Shown: positions 21,645 to 32,054, counted from the first letter of the stretch. The stretch: DNA of 64,000 nt from Calothrix sp. NIES-2098 (GCA_002368175.1 AP018172.1:29599-93598); one strand, 5' to 3'. Program-made: numbers and translations. The notes: generated by a model not told the origin, from the letters alone.

Positions 21645-21733
21645 CCGCTTCTCATCTCGACCTTTGGCGAATAGGCTTAAATCTGCTGTGCCGATATCTT
21701 TGAAAGTATAGATATCACAGCCATATAGTAACT

Positions 21734-22141
21734 ATGGTTTATGGTCAGCCACGAGATGATTTAGGAACTGGTTGGGCTTTCCCCTTGCGCTTGAATTTAC
21801 AAGGCGGGATACAACTCAGCAGTGAAGCGCAAAAAGTTAAAGAATCTATTTGGATAATTCTCCGCACTGGCGTAGGCGAACGAGTTTATCGCCCTAATTT
21901 TGGTTCGCGTTTGTCGGAATTAGCATTTGCACCGATGAATAACGACACTCTCATGCGGATTCGGATTTATGTTTTAGAAGCCCTCGAAGTTTGGGAACCG
22001 CGCATTACTGTCGATCAAGTCATTACCGAACCCGACCCGGTGCGTGGTCGAGTAGACATTAATATTAATTATCGACTTAAAGACAATCCTGATATTAACA
22101 ACTTTGTTTATCCGTTTTATTTATTGCCTCCTGAAGAATAA
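21734..22141 (+). CDS. baseplate wedge protein, gp25/GPW-like (Cis9-like)
   Basis: 135 aa. GWAFPL...IQLSSEAQKVKESIWIILRTGVGERVYRPNFGSRL matches the gp25-like lysozyme-fold family. Conserved order W-J-I. Confidence 0.75.
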   Translation: MVYGQPRDDLGTGWAFPLRLNLQGGIQLSSEAQKVKESIWIILRTGVGERVYRPNFGSRLSELAFAPMNNDTLMRIRIYVLEALEVWEPRITVDQVITEPDPVRGRVDININYRLKDNPDINNFVYPFYLLPPEE

Positions 22142-22160
22142 TTCCTAATTTGGTGTAACT

Positions 22161-24350
22161 GTGAAATTTGATTTTTTACCAGAATTACCATCTTCCAATT
22201 TAGACGATCGCACTTTTGATGATTTAGTCGAAGAGTGTACGATGCGTATCCCGCGCTATTGTCCTGAGTGGACAGACCACAACCTCAGCGATCCTGGGAT
22301 GACGCTAATTGAGTTATTTGCTTGGTTAACTGACCAGATGTTACTCAGGTTTAATCAAGTACCCAGAAAAAATTATGTAGCTTTTTTAGAATTATTGGGG
22401 ATTCGCCTCCAACCCCCCGCCCCAGCCCATACAGAATTAACTTTTTATTTAAGTTCCGATCTACCTGAAGCTTATACGATTCCTACAGGTATTGAAGTTT
22501 CCACAATCCGCACTGAAACCACACCTGCGATTACCTTTAGTACAGATTATCCTTTAATTATTGGTCAACCGCGTCTACAGCATTTCCTCACAGCCCAAAC
22601 TGTTGAAGATATCCCCCAATCTCTGCGCGAACGAGTCTCAAATATCTGGACTCGTCAGCCTAACGGTTTCTGGGCTGGTAGCGAACAAGCTGTATTTAAC
22701 GAACAACCCCAAGCCGGAAATTGCTTTTATTTAGTCATTAATTCTGACGATCCTTTAGATGGTAATGTCTTGGAAGTCACCATTCAAGGGGCGGCGGCGA
22801 CCCCTACAGGTATTGACCCGAATCATCCCCCCCGCAAATGGGAAGCTTGGGATGGACAAGATTGGCAACCAGTGTTAATGAAAGAGTCAGACGACCAAAC
22901 ACGGGGTTTCAGTTTTTACGAAATTAACCAACAAGGTCGAAATTCGGCGCAAGGTGCAGATGTGCGCCTACATTTACCGCAATCTTGGCCTGTGACTACC
23001 TTTACTGCTTACCGAGGACGTTGGCTGCGCTGTAGCTTTACCGCCCCCGAAGCCAATCGAGAAGGTTATAGCCGTCCGCCACGAATTACTGGGTTAGCAG
23101 TGCGGTCAATTGGCGGAACTGTGAGGGCGAGTCATAGTACTTTGATTCAAGATGAACGCTTGGGAATTAGTGACGGTACGCCAGGACAGACCTTTCAATT
23201 ACAAGCACCACCTGTTTTAGAACGTCGCGAAACTGAGTACATTATCGTGACTCCCCCTGGTGGCTTACCGCAAACTTGGCGTGAGGTGAGAGATTTTGCC
23301 GATTCTACATCCCAAGACCGTCACTATATTATTGATTCGCTGACTGGTGTAGTTCAGTTTGGGCCGTTGATTCGCGAACCAGGACAACTCCAACGCCAAA
23401 CACAAGTGCGATCGCGTATTCAGCAGCCAAGATTAGAAGACACGGTAGTGCAAGTGAGCGACATTGAAAACCAACTTGAACACCAATACGGAGCAGTTCC
23501 TCCACGCGGTTCCGAAATTAGAATTCTCGCTTACCGCACGGGAGGAGGCAAAGAAGGTAATGTACAAGTTGGCTCGCTTCAGTTTTTGAAGTCGGCTGTA
23601 CCCTACGTAGCCAGCGTCACAAATTACAAAGCAGCAATTAACGGTGCAGATGCCGAATCTTTGGAACAAGCGGTAATTAAAGCTCCCCGCATCCTGCGTA
23701 CACGCGATCGCGCTGTGACAGCCGAAGACTTTGAGGTATTAGCACAGCAAGCAGGTGCAGGTGCGATCGCCCGCGTGCGTTGTTTAACTACTAGTCAGGC
23801 GGGTACAGTTAGCTTATTACTAGTTCCCCAAGCCAATACAGATGCGATTTTTCAAGGCGAAGGTATCGCACCGACGCAATTTGCTCTCAGCCCCGCACTA
23901 CAAGAGCAAGTTTTACAATACTTAGACGAAAGAAAGTTATTAGGAGTACAAGTCAGACTCTTAGAACCGGAGTATGTCGGTGTTTCCGTCCAAACAGAAG
24001 TCATTCTCGAACCCGCTTATGATAACCCTTTAGCTAGAGCAGAAATTCTCCGTAACTTAAGAATTTCCCTGTATAAATATTTAAATCCTCTCACTGGGGG
24101 AACTGAAGGTAAAGGCTGGCCTTTTGGGCGACCCGTTTATCCCTCAGATATCATCGCTTTAATGCAACAAACCCCAGGCGTGCGTTATTTAGGCCCAGTC
24201 CTGCTATTTCCCATCCGCAAGCAAGGAGAAACCTGGCGAAGACAACCATCACCAGAACAATTAATCGACCCAGGAGTACAAGGTTTAATTTGTTCTTGGT
24301 TTGACCCCAGTCTGCGTTCCGGTCATGACATCCAAATCATTACTCGCTAA
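22161..24350 (+). CDS. baseplate J / gp6-like protein (Cis11-like)
   Basis: 729 aa, immediately after the gp25-like gene and before the gpI-like gene (the conserved gpW-gpJ-gpI block of P2-type baseplates). Assigned by synteny and size; motif-level support is weak. Confidence 0.6.
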   Translation: MKFDFLPELPSSNLDDRTFDDLVEECTMRIPRYCPEWTDHNLSDPGMTLIELFAWLTDQMLLRFNQVPRKNYVAFLELLGIRLQPPAPAHTELTFYLSSDLPEAYTIPTGIEVSTIRTETTPAITFSTDYPLIIGQPRLQHFLTAQTVEDIPQSLRERVSNIWTRQPNGFWAGSEQAVFNEQPQAGNCFYLVINSDDPLDGNVLEVTIQGAAATPTGIDPNHPPRKWEAWDGQDWQPVLMKESDDQTRGFSFYEINQQGRNSAQGADVRLHLPQSWPVTTFTAYRGRWLRCSFTAPEANREGYSRPPRITGLAVRSIGGTVRASHSTLIQDERLGISDGTPGQTFQLQAPPVLERRETEYIIVTPPGGLPQTWREVRDFADSTSQDRHYIIDSLTGVVQFGPLIREPGQLQRQTQVRSRIQQPRLEDTVVQVSDIENQLEHQYGAVPPRGSEIRILAYRTGGGKEGNVQVGSLQFLKSAVPYVASVTNYKAAINGADAESLEQAVIKAPRILRTRDRAVTAEDFEVLAQQAGAGAIARVRCLTTSQAGTVSLLLVPQANTDAIFQGEGIAPTQFALSPALQEQVLQYLDERKLLGVQVRLLEPEYVGVSVQTEVILEPAYDNPLARAEILRNLRISLYKYLNPLTGGTEGKGWPFGRPVYPSDIIALMQQTPGVRYLGPVLLFPIRKQGETWRRQPSPEQLIDPGVQGLICSWFDPSLRSGHDIQIITR

Positions 24351-24361
24351 GGGAAAAGCTT

Positions 24362-25393
24362 ATGGTTCAAAGCCGTTATAGCCCAGCCGTTAACATTCAA
24401 CTCACCCCAATGCAAATTCCCGAAGCTGTACCTGGGGCTGGTTTAGCATTTGCCGGGCCAGAAGGGATGAATGAAACAGGGCATAGTTTGCTTTTGCATC
24501 CGGGACAACCCAGCGAAATGATTGTCCAGGTCAAAAACTTAGAACAACGCCCCTTACGTCTAAGTTTAAAAGTAGAAGGTGAATTTCCCTCTCATTGGTG
24601 CCAAATTGGTACAGAAGGTAGCGAAATTTTGCCAGGCGAACAGATGGATGCAGTGTTATATTTCACTGTTCCTGCCACATTTTTTGAAGACCAAGAAGCA
24701 ATTTCACCAGGAAAAAAAGATAAATTAATACTCAACTTTCGCTGTCTAGTAGTTGTTAATATCGACCCTGGTACAGAACGAGAACAAATCCAGCACAGTG
24801 AAATATTTAGTTTATATATTCGTCCCTACAGTTTCTACATGGAATTTTTGCCCGTTCTTTATCGAGAAGTAGACTTTATTGGTCGCTTCATCAAGATATT
24901 TGAACAAGCTTATCAACCCGCAATTGATAGTTTTAACGTCATGTGGGCAAACATCGATCCCTTAACAGCACCAAGGGCAATACTACCTTTTTTAGCTCAT
25001 TGGGTAGCTTGGCAAGTAGACTCTGTTTGGAATCTCGACCAACAACGCCGTTTAATTCGTCGTGCAGTAGAAATTTATCGCTGGCGAGGAACTCGTAAAG
25101 GATTGCGTCTTTATCTACATCTTTATACAGGGCTACCTTTAGACGAGGATATACCAAACGAAACCGATAAACATATTAGTATTACAGAACCCTTTGGTCC
25201 CAGTTTTATCTTAGGTGATGCCCAAATCGGTAGCGCAGTTTTAGCAGGTGGGCAAGCATATCACTTTATAGTCCGCTTGCGTACAGCTCTTTCTCATAAC
25301 TATATTAATGAACAACTAGTAAGAAAAATTATTGAACAAGAAAAACCCGCTTTTTGTACCTATGAATTATTAATAGAAAACCCAAATAATTAA
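24362..25393 (+). CDS. phage tail protein I-like baseplate protein (Cis12-like)
   Basis: 343 aa; its position after gpJ is typical. Assignment by synteny. Confidence 0.5.
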   Translation: MVQSRYSPAVNIQLTPMQIPEAVPGAGLAFAGPEGMNETGHSLLLHPGQPSEMIVQVKNLEQRPLRLSLKVEGEFPSHWCQIGTEGSEILPGEQMDAVLYFTVPATFFEDQEAISPGKKDKLILNFRCLVVVNIDPGTEREQIQHSEIFSLYIRPYSFYMEFLPVLYREVDFIGRFIKIFEQAYQPAIDSFNVMWANIDPLTAPRAILPFLAHWVAWQVDSVWNLDQQRRLIRRAVEIYRWRGTRKGLRLYLHLYTGLPLDEDIPNETDKHISITEPFGPSFILGDAQIGSAVLAGGQAYHFIVRLRTALSHNYINEQLVRKIIEQEKPAFCTYELLIENPNN

Positions 25394-25395
25394 AA

Positions 25396-25416
25396 GTAGG
25401 GTGGGCATTGCCCACC
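25396..25416 (+). terminator. stem-loop 3 nt after the gpI-like stop (GUAGGGUGGGC-AUU-GCCCACC followed by AAAAUAUAAUC)
   Basis: 7-bp GC-rich stem with a 3-nt loop. The tail is A-rich rather than U-rich, so not a canonical intrinsic terminator. Same motif as at 13872-13896. Confidence 0.35.
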
Positions 25417-25476
25417 AAAATATAATCTACAGTATTACTTCGTGTTCTTTGCGTCCTTCGCGGTTAGTTTTTGTAT

Positions 25477-26676
25477 ATGACACATCCATTTCCACCACCA
25501 AATATCAAATCCTTTGAACGCCTGCAAGCTTCAGATGGGCTATTAATAAATGCAGAACGCTGGAGTAAAGCCCATGATTACCATCGTCTGCGACAAAACA
25601 CTCATTATCAATGCTTAAACCAACCTGGAATAGTCTGCGGTTTAGGCGTGAGAGTTATTCCTGCACCCCGCCAAGTAGAAGCGAAATATCGAGATGGACG
25701 CTGGGTACAAATTCAGCCGGGAATTGCTATTGATGTAGCTGGGAATTTAATTGTAGTGCCTAAAGCTTATGATTTTCCTATTGATTTAGAAGTAGTAAGT
25801 TCAGAACCAGTTACCATTTACTTAGTAGTCAGTTATGTAGATCCTGATGAATTGCGACGCGGACAGCCAAGAGATATTGTCCAAGAAACATATCGCATCG
25901 ATCAAAAAAATTCTACGCTAGAAAGTTCAGAAATAGAACTGTGTAGGATACTTTTACAACCAGGACAAAATGCTATTAGTCAGCCGACGGATGTTTTCTT
26001 TCCTGGTTATCAAAATATTGATTTACGTTACCGCCGTCATGCACAAGCAAGACCGCAAACAAATGTAGCGATCGCACAGGTAAATCATAGCGATTCTGAA
26101 TGCGCCCGCAATTTTTTCAACCTCTCATACTTGCTACAATCAATCGAACCTCTATACCCAGCTTTACGCGGAATTGATGAGCCAGGACAGGTTTCTTTAG
26201 GAGAAAATATTCAAGACTATGACTTACTTTATTTAACAGGCCAGCAAGCACTATCTTTTAACAGTATTGAATTTGAATCTCTGAGAAATTATGTAAATTC
26301 TGGTGGGATACTTTTAGTTGATGCGCCCCAAAATGCTCAACCACTAATTGAAAGTACCCACGCCTTAGCCCAGCAACTAGAAAATCCTCTTAGACCTTTA
26401 GAAGAGTTACAAAGAAGCCATCCTTTAAGAACCAAACCTTTTTTATTTGCTGCTTTGCCAATTATCAATCAACAGTTAATTCGGCTATTAATTGGCGGCG
26501 GAATCATTTTAGTAATTGGCGATCTAGCTACGGCTTGGGGACTAGATAGAGAATTAACTTTACCCCGACTAACTATTAGAACAGCGCAGGAACTAGGGAT
26601 TAATATTCTGCATTATGCTTGGAAGCGGCGACAGTTTATCGGTTTGCAACAAGAAGATAACTCCGGTAAGTGGTAG
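25477..26676 (+). CDS. hypothetical protein, last gene of the CIS island (function unknown)
   Basis: ~400-aa ORF with no motif I can assign. Separated from the gpI-like gene by the stem-loop. Start uncertain (TTG 25471 or ATG 25477). Confidence 0.4.
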   Translation: MTHPFPPPNIKSFERLQASDGLLINAERWSKAHDYHRLRQNTHYQCLNQPGIVCGLGVRVIPAPRQVEAKYRDGRWVQIQPGIAIDVAGNLIVVPKAYDFPIDLEVVSSEPVTIYLVVSYVDPDELRRGQPRDIVQETYRIDQKNSTLESSEIELCRILLQPGQNAISQPTDVFFPGYQNIDLRYRRHAQARPQTNVAIAQVNHSDSECARNFFNLSYLLQSIEPLYPALRGIDEPGQVSLGENIQDYDLLYLTGQQALSFNSIEFESLRNYVNSGGILLVDAPQNAQPLIESTHALAQQLENPLRPLEELQRSHPLRTKPFLFAALPIINQQLIRLLIGGGIILVIGDLATAWGLDRELTLPRLTIRTAQELGINILHYAWKRRQFIGLQQEDNSGKW

Positions 26677-26694
26677 CTAATTCAAATATTATCT

Positions 26695-27657
26695 TTAATG
26701 CCAAGACCGATAAAATGTAGTATCTTGCCATATCCCAGCAGTCTGCTGTTCAATTGCTGCGATTTGCCGATCGTTTAGAGGTTGGTAAGCAACAGCGGCT
26801 TGTACATTCTCTTCTAACTGTTGCACACTATCAGCCGGAATTATGCAACAATGAACCCCTGACTGAGACAAAGTATATCCTAAAGCTTGCTGGATATTTT
26901 GCAAACCACCTATTTGAAATAACTTGCCATAAGCAGGAACTTTCATGGCAATTACGCCTAAGTTTTGTTGCTTTGCTAATGGTAAAATTGCCGTAATAAA
27001 TGAATCTGGATGATGATTTTCTACAGCATTGATTGGGATAAGTGTTGTATGAAATGGAAAGCGGCGTAGTCCTTCTGCTATTACTTTTGTGTCGTGATGT
27101 CCGGTAATACCTGCAAACCGGACAATTTTTTGCTGCATCGCTTCTTCTAAAGCTTTAATTGCACCAGAAGCACTAAATATAGTATCAAGTTCTTCAACAA
27201 AAGAAACGTGATGTAGTTGCCATAAATCTAGATAATCTGTATTCAGACGTTTCAGCGAACTCTCTAGTTCTCGCCATGCTCCATCTCTATCCCTTTTATC
27301 CGTTTTACTTGCTAAGAAAATCTTGGCACGATACGGTGGTAATACTTTTCCTAAATGAATTTCACTTGCTCCATAACTTCGAGCAGTATCAAAGTAACGA
27401 ATACCAAGTGCGATCGCTCTTTCAATAATCGCCAGAGCTTCTCGTTCTTTCTCTGGCTTATCTATTGGCGTGTTTGTACCTGCACCCCCCAACCCTAAAA
27501 TCGGGACTTTTACTCCTGTGCGTCCTAAAACTCGTTCTGGCATTGTAGCTGATGGTGTTCCCACAGTATTAGTTGTTAAAGCATCAGCACTGACAATGCT
27601 GCTAGCGACAGCAACACCAGTAAGCAAGAAATTCCGCCTTGTTTTTCTGCCTTTCAT
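26695..27657 (-). CDS. aldo/keto reductase with twin-arginine (Tat) signal peptide
   Basis: N-terminal TRRNFLLTGVAVASS...ADA Tat motif; AKR signature GIRYFDTARSYGASE. Confidence 0.85.
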   Translation of the reverse strand: MKGRKTRRNFLLTGVAVASSIVSADALTTNTVGTPSATMPERVLGRTGVKVPILGLGGAGTNTPIDKPEKEREALAIIERAIALGIRYFDTARSYGASEIHLGKVLPPYRAKIFLASKTDKRDRDGAWRELESSLKRLNTDYLDLWQLHHVSFVEELDTIFSASGAIKALEEAMQQKIVRFAGITGHHDTKVIAEGLRRFPFHTTLIPINAVENHHPDSFITAILPLAKQQNLGVIAMKVPAYGKLFQIGGLQNIQQALGYTLSQSGVHCCIIPADSVQQLEENVQAAVAYQPLNDRQIAAIEQQTAGIWQDTTFYRSWH

Positions 27658-27773
27658 TGCTTAATTAATACCCTAAATCGGACAAATGCTAAAAATTCTA
27701 TTTACATAAACTTCAGCAACACTAACGACAAAGATAATCAAAAGTAAATATTTTAATGTACATAAAAAAGCTT

Positions 27774-28142
27774 TTAAAACTTGCGCATATTTTTACTAAC
27801 AGGGTCAAAACCTAAAGGTAATTTAGTGCTTTCATCGTAGTAAGCTCCACTTAAATCGGCTCCATATAACTTGGCAAAATTCAGCTTGGCTCCTCGTAAA
27901 TTTGCTTCATTGAGCTTGACACCACTTAAATTTGCTCTAGTTAAGTTGGCTTTTGCAAGATTAGTTCTACTCAAGTCCGCTCCCCATAATTTAGCTTTAG
28001 CCAAATTAGCTCCACTCAAGTCTGCTCCCCATAAATTGATTCCTGGTAAGTCGGCTCCAATCAACTTGGCTTTCGTTAAGTTGGCTGCGGGAAAATATCT
28101 CTCTCCTCCAGCGTAACGTCGGATCAATTCTTCTGCGTCCAT
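27774..28142 (-). CDS. pentapeptide-repeat protein
   Basis: Consecutive A(D/N)LxG-type pentapeptides (ANLTKAKLIGADLPGINLWGADLSGANLAKAKLWGADLSRTNLAKANL...). Confidence 0.8.
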   Translation of the reverse strand: MDAEELIRRYAGGERYFPAANLTKAKLIGADLPGINLWGADLSGANLAKAKLWGADLSRTNLAKANLTRANLSGVKLNEANLRGAKLNFAKLYGADLSGAYYDESTKLPLGFDPVSKNMRKF

Positions 28143-28444
28143 GCGTCCTTCACCTTATTCAGTAAACAAGAAGTAATCTCTTCCCATTCCTGGTTGAGTC
28201 CTCCGGAGAACTCTGGCTGATTGCTACGTCGATACCAATAACGCGCATTACTCAAATCGCCTTCTTTGCGGTGCAAATAAGCATGAACCCAAGCGCTGTC
28301 AGCATCGCTGGCATTTTGCACTATTTCATGAGCTTTGTCCCAATTACCTTTTTTGTCATAAAACAGCGCTTGTAGGGCTTTTGGCATTTCATGACATGAA
28401 AGCTGCTTTTCGATTAACTGCTGAAATTCAGCTAAAGTCACCAT
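28124..28444 (-). CDS. hypothetical protein (overlaps the pentapeptide gene start by 19 nt)
   Basis: 106-aa ORF in an operon-like overlap; no recognisable motif. Confidence 0.4.
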   Translation of the reverse strand: MVTLAEFQQLIEKQLSCHEMPKALQALFYDKKGNWDKAHEIVQNASDADSAWVHAYLHRKEGDLSNARYWYRRSNQPEFSGGLNQEWEEITSCLLNKVKDAWTQKN

Positions 28445-28709
28445 TGCTACTTACACAGTCTCAACTCTCTACTTTTAAGATACTGCGTAGTTTAAGGGTA
28501 ATGAAGATTAATTCCAATTATCTTGTTGATGCCTCTATTCAACAGGTTCGCATTTATGTTTTTCTACAAATAGAAACATAAATCTTAGTAGCCTGAACAG
28601 TAATTTTTCTGCTCAGTGAATTGCATATTTCTATTCTCGCGACCACTGTCTGAAGAAATATTTGTGGTCAAGAAAGTTAACTTTAATGCTGAAGAAAGAG
28701 GATTAATGC

Positions 28710-29096
28710 ATGGTTCAAGTCAAAATTTACGGCATACGGGATTATCTCAACCCCATTAAACAACAGCTTTCGGATGTAATTCATAGTTGTGTAATGGAAG
28801 CATTACAATATCCTGCAAATAAACGGGCACATCGCTTTTTTCCCTTGGACAAGTCAGACTTTTTCTACCCCTCTGGGCGCACTGACCGTTATACCATTAT
28901 CGAGTTTAGTATGATTGAAGGGCGGAGTATAGCAGCAAAAAAACAATTGATGCGGCTGTTATTTGAGCGATCGCTTTCTGTTGGTATCACTTCGCAAGAT
29001 TTAGAAATTACAATTTTCGAGAACCCCAAGCATAATTGGGGTTTTCGCGGACTACCGGGCGATGAACATGAACTTAACTATAAAGTTGAGGTTTAG
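28710..29096 (+). CDS. tautomerase-superfamily-like protein (Tautomerase_3-like), lacking the canonical Pro1
   Basis: 128 aa with the beta-alpha-beta pattern of the family (VQVKIYGIRDYL...IIEFSMIEGRSIAAKKQLMRLL). The N-terminus is MVQV rather than MP. Confidence 0.45.
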   Translation: MVQVKIYGIRDYLNPIKQQLSDVIHSCVMEALQYPANKRAHRFFPLDKSDFFYPSGRTDRYTIIEFSMIEGRSIAAKKQLMRLLFERSLSVGITSQDLEITIFENPKHNWGFRGLPGDEHELNYKVEV

Positions 29097-29196
29097 CAAA
29101 ATTTTGGATATGCGTAGCAGCCCCTGCGCTTGAGAGGTTGTTGTATCTGGAAGCAGCCAAAAATATGGAGGCTATTCTTCCAGATACCTTCTTTTA

Positions 29197-30705
29197 TCAC
29201 TTCATATCGTAACCAAACAAATTTGGGTCAACTTCACCTAATTGCAAATCTGCTAAACCATACTCCGCCCAACGTCTCTCAACCATCGCCGCTACATCTG
29301 GATCTGACTCTAGTGGTGCGCCCCATTCATGGTCGATTTCTGGGGGAATTTTAGTAGTAGCATCAATTCCCATCCGCCCGCCTAAACCAATTTTCTCGCT
29401 GGCAAAATCTAAAGTATCAAAGGGTGTGTTCGGCAAAATAAACACATCTCTTGTGGGATCGACTTTAGAACTAATCGCCCAGACAACTTGGCGCGGATCG
29501 CGAATATTGATGTCTTTATCGACCACAATCACAAACTTGGTGTAAGTAAATTGTGGTAAAGCACTCCAAAATGCTAAAGCTGCGCGTCGTGCTTGTCCGG
29601 GATATGCTTTATCAATGGAAATAATTGCGGCTTTGTAACTCAAAGCTTCCATTGGTAGGAAAAAATCGACAATTTCAGAGACTTGTTGCCGCAGAATTGG
29701 GGTATAAATCCGATTGAGTGCGATCGCCATCATCGCTTCTTCTTTGGGTGGACGACCGCTAAATGTTGTTAAGTAAATCGGATTTTTGCGGTGTGTCATA
29801 CACCCAAAGCGAATTAATGGAGAATCCTCGACACCGCCGTAGTAACCCATGTGGTCGCCAAAAGGCCCGTCTGGTAAAACTTCTCCTGGTGTAATTGTCC
29901 CTTCTAAAACAAATTCCGCATCTGCGGGAACTTCTAAATCTACGGTTTTGCACTTTGCTAACTGCACCCCAGAACCACCGTACAGTCCAGCAAACAACCA
30001 TTCTGATAAATCTACAGGTATGGGTGTAGCCGCCGCCATGATAATTAAGGGGTCTACACCAAGTGCGATCGCAATTTCTAATTTCTGACCGCGTTCTGCG
30101 GCTTTGCGTAAATGTCTCGCCCCACCCCGCACTGATAACCAATGCACGGTCATTGTATTTTTTGATTGTAGTTGCAAGCGATACACGCCCACATTGGGAA
30201 TACCTGTCTCGCAATCCTTTGTAATTACTAGCCCTAGAGTAATAATTTTCCCAGCATCACCCACATAAGGACGTATCAACGGCAACTTATTTAAATCTAA
30301 GTCTTCTCCTTGAACTACCACTTGCTGACAGGCGGGGAAAAAGTCTCTTCCTGGTTTAGCTTTCACTACATCAAACAGTACTTTCCCAAAATCTATCGCT
30401 TGGGAAATCTTCTTTGGTGGCTTTGGTTGTTGCAGCATACTCAGCTTTTTACCCAGAGTTTCCAACTCTTCTGGATGCTGCATATTCATCGCCCAGCATA
30501 TCCTTTCCACAGTTCCCATCAAATTCACCGCCACCGGGAAGGATGCGCCTTTAACATTTTCAAACAATAACCCCGGCCCGCCTTGTTGCAGCATCCGGTT
30601 AGAAATCTCAGCAATTTCTAAATCTGGGTCAACTAAAGCGGAAATTCGCTTTAATTGTCCCCTTTCTTCCAGAAGTTTGATAAATCCCCGCAAATCTCTC
30701 GCCAT
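29197..30705 (-). CDS. UbiD-family (prenylated-FMN dependent) aromatic acid decarboxylase
   Basis: 502 aa. The N-terminus (DLRGFIKLLEERGQLKRISALVDPDLEIAEI) and overall length match UbiD / 4-hydroxy-3-polyprenylbenzoate decarboxylase. Confidence 0.85.
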   Translation of the reverse strand: MARDLRGFIKLLEERGQLKRISALVDPDLEIAEISNRMLQQGGPGLLFENVKGASFPVAVNLMGTVERICWAMNMQHPEELETLGKKLSMLQQPKPPKKISQAIDFGKVLFDVVKAKPGRDFFPACQQVVVQGEDLDLNKLPLIRPYVGDAGKIITLGLVITKDCETGIPNVGVYRLQLQSKNTMTVHWLSVRGGARHLRKAAERGQKLEIAIALGVDPLIIMAAATPIPVDLSEWLFAGLYGGSGVQLAKCKTVDLEVPADAEFVLEGTITPGEVLPDGPFGDHMGYYGGVEDSPLIRFGCMTHRKNPIYLTTFSGRPPKEEAMMAIALNRIYTPILRQQVSEIVDFFLPMEALSYKAAIISIDKAYPGQARRAALAFWSALPQFTYTKFVIVVDKDINIRDPRQVVWAISSKVDPTRDVFILPNTPFDTLDFASEKIGLGGRMGIDATTKIPPEIDHEWGAPLESDPDVAAMVERRWAEYGLADLQLGEVDPNLFGYDMK

Positions 30706-31540
30706 TGTTTTAGTAAAGCTGAATAATTAAGAACTGTGAAGCGCTCTCTTATATTATTAGCTATTCTTTGCTGCTTGTTTATAGTCGCGATCGCCACTGC
30801 GGAAATTCGTTGCGTTCCTCTGTCCGTCTGCGGTTGGGTCGTAGTTAACTACAACTTAACCTATTGCTTTACTTTTCTTAACTCTTGATGAGGCACAATT
30901 TAGTTACCCTAAATAGGGATAAAGCATTATTTATTACAAATAAGCGCTAACCCGATCAAACATGGCCAGAATATACGACACTTCCCTGGCAGGCGGATCT
31001 AGAAATTAACCTCTGCTGGGTTTATCTATTTTTCGCTTTACTTGTGCTGGAGAACACATGAAATTCCAGTACCTGCTAATCAATGCGAAAGTCCGGTTAC
31101 GAACATTTGTAAATTGGCGATCGCAACCGCAAATCCATAAACCTAAGCAATATGACGATAAGTACTCACAGGTAATCCAGTCTGTTGCTTCACATCAATT
31201 AAGGATTTGTATTCACCTCTTTGTCTTTCTGCTACGATTTTTTGTGCGATCGCAGATGTCTCTAAAATATAAATCCTGAAATATATGGCTAATTATGTGC
31301 ATTTTTATGCAAATCTGTAGCTTTTAAAAGTAGTAATTTAAATATTTATCATTTTCATTTTTATAAATTGGATAATATATATCAAATTAACTTTCTTTAA
31401 CATAATGTTGCATTTTGCAAATATCTGCAACATTGCTCAAACAGCTATTTTTGGATATTGATTTTATTTAGAATAAATAAGAAAACATTGACCGATTAAG
31501 TATATTTAATTACAATTGATTGTAAAGAGTAGCCTATAAT

Positions 31541-31945
31541 TTGGCAAATAGAAACAGCAATAATCAAAGAATTGGGATAAAACTTATGAACGCTAGAATT
31601 GTTGCTTTATTAGCAATTATGACAGCTGTTGCAAGCTTAGTAAGCCCTGTTCAAGCACAGTCATCAGAAGCCTCAAGCCAAAATCCAGAAAAATATTCCC
31701 TAACTGGTAATTCTTTGACTGGAATTGATAATCGCAATTCTCAGCAAGATTTTAATAGCTTTTTTGAGCAAAACAACCCTGTAATTGTTCCTACTACAAA
31801 TAGGGTAAACACTAACATTTCCAAAGATTTGCAGCTGCAACAATCGCTGTCAGCACCTAACAGTTCTGTTTACTTTGTACCTGTTCAGTCTTTTAATGGC
31901 AATGACGGAACCCAAGTACAGTTTGATTTGGGCAATAGTAAATAG
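31541..31945 (+). CDS. hypothetical secreted protein
   Basis: Signal-peptide-like N-terminus (IVALLAIMTAVASLVSPVQA), followed by Ser/Asn/Gln-rich sequence. Confidence 0.35.
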   Translation: MANRNSNNQRIGIKLMNARIVALLAIMTAVASLVSPVQAQSSEASSQNPEKYSLTGNSLTGIDNRNSQQDFNSFFEQNNPVIVPTTNRVNTNISKDLQLQQSLSAPNSSVYFVPVQSFNGNDGTQVQFDLGNSK

Positions 31946-32054
31946 TTAGGGTCATTGGTCATTTGTCATTTGTCATAAGTTATTTTCCTCCTTGTTTCCC
32001 CCTTCCCCTGCTTCCTCATCTTCCTTATCCTAATTGTCCCTCTGCTTTCTGTCT

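Noticed and set aside
29759-30214. 151-aa Arg/Cys-rich minus-strand ORF and plus-strand ORFs inside the ubiD gene
   Set aside because: Alternative frames within the UbiD CDS; their composition is non-protein-like.
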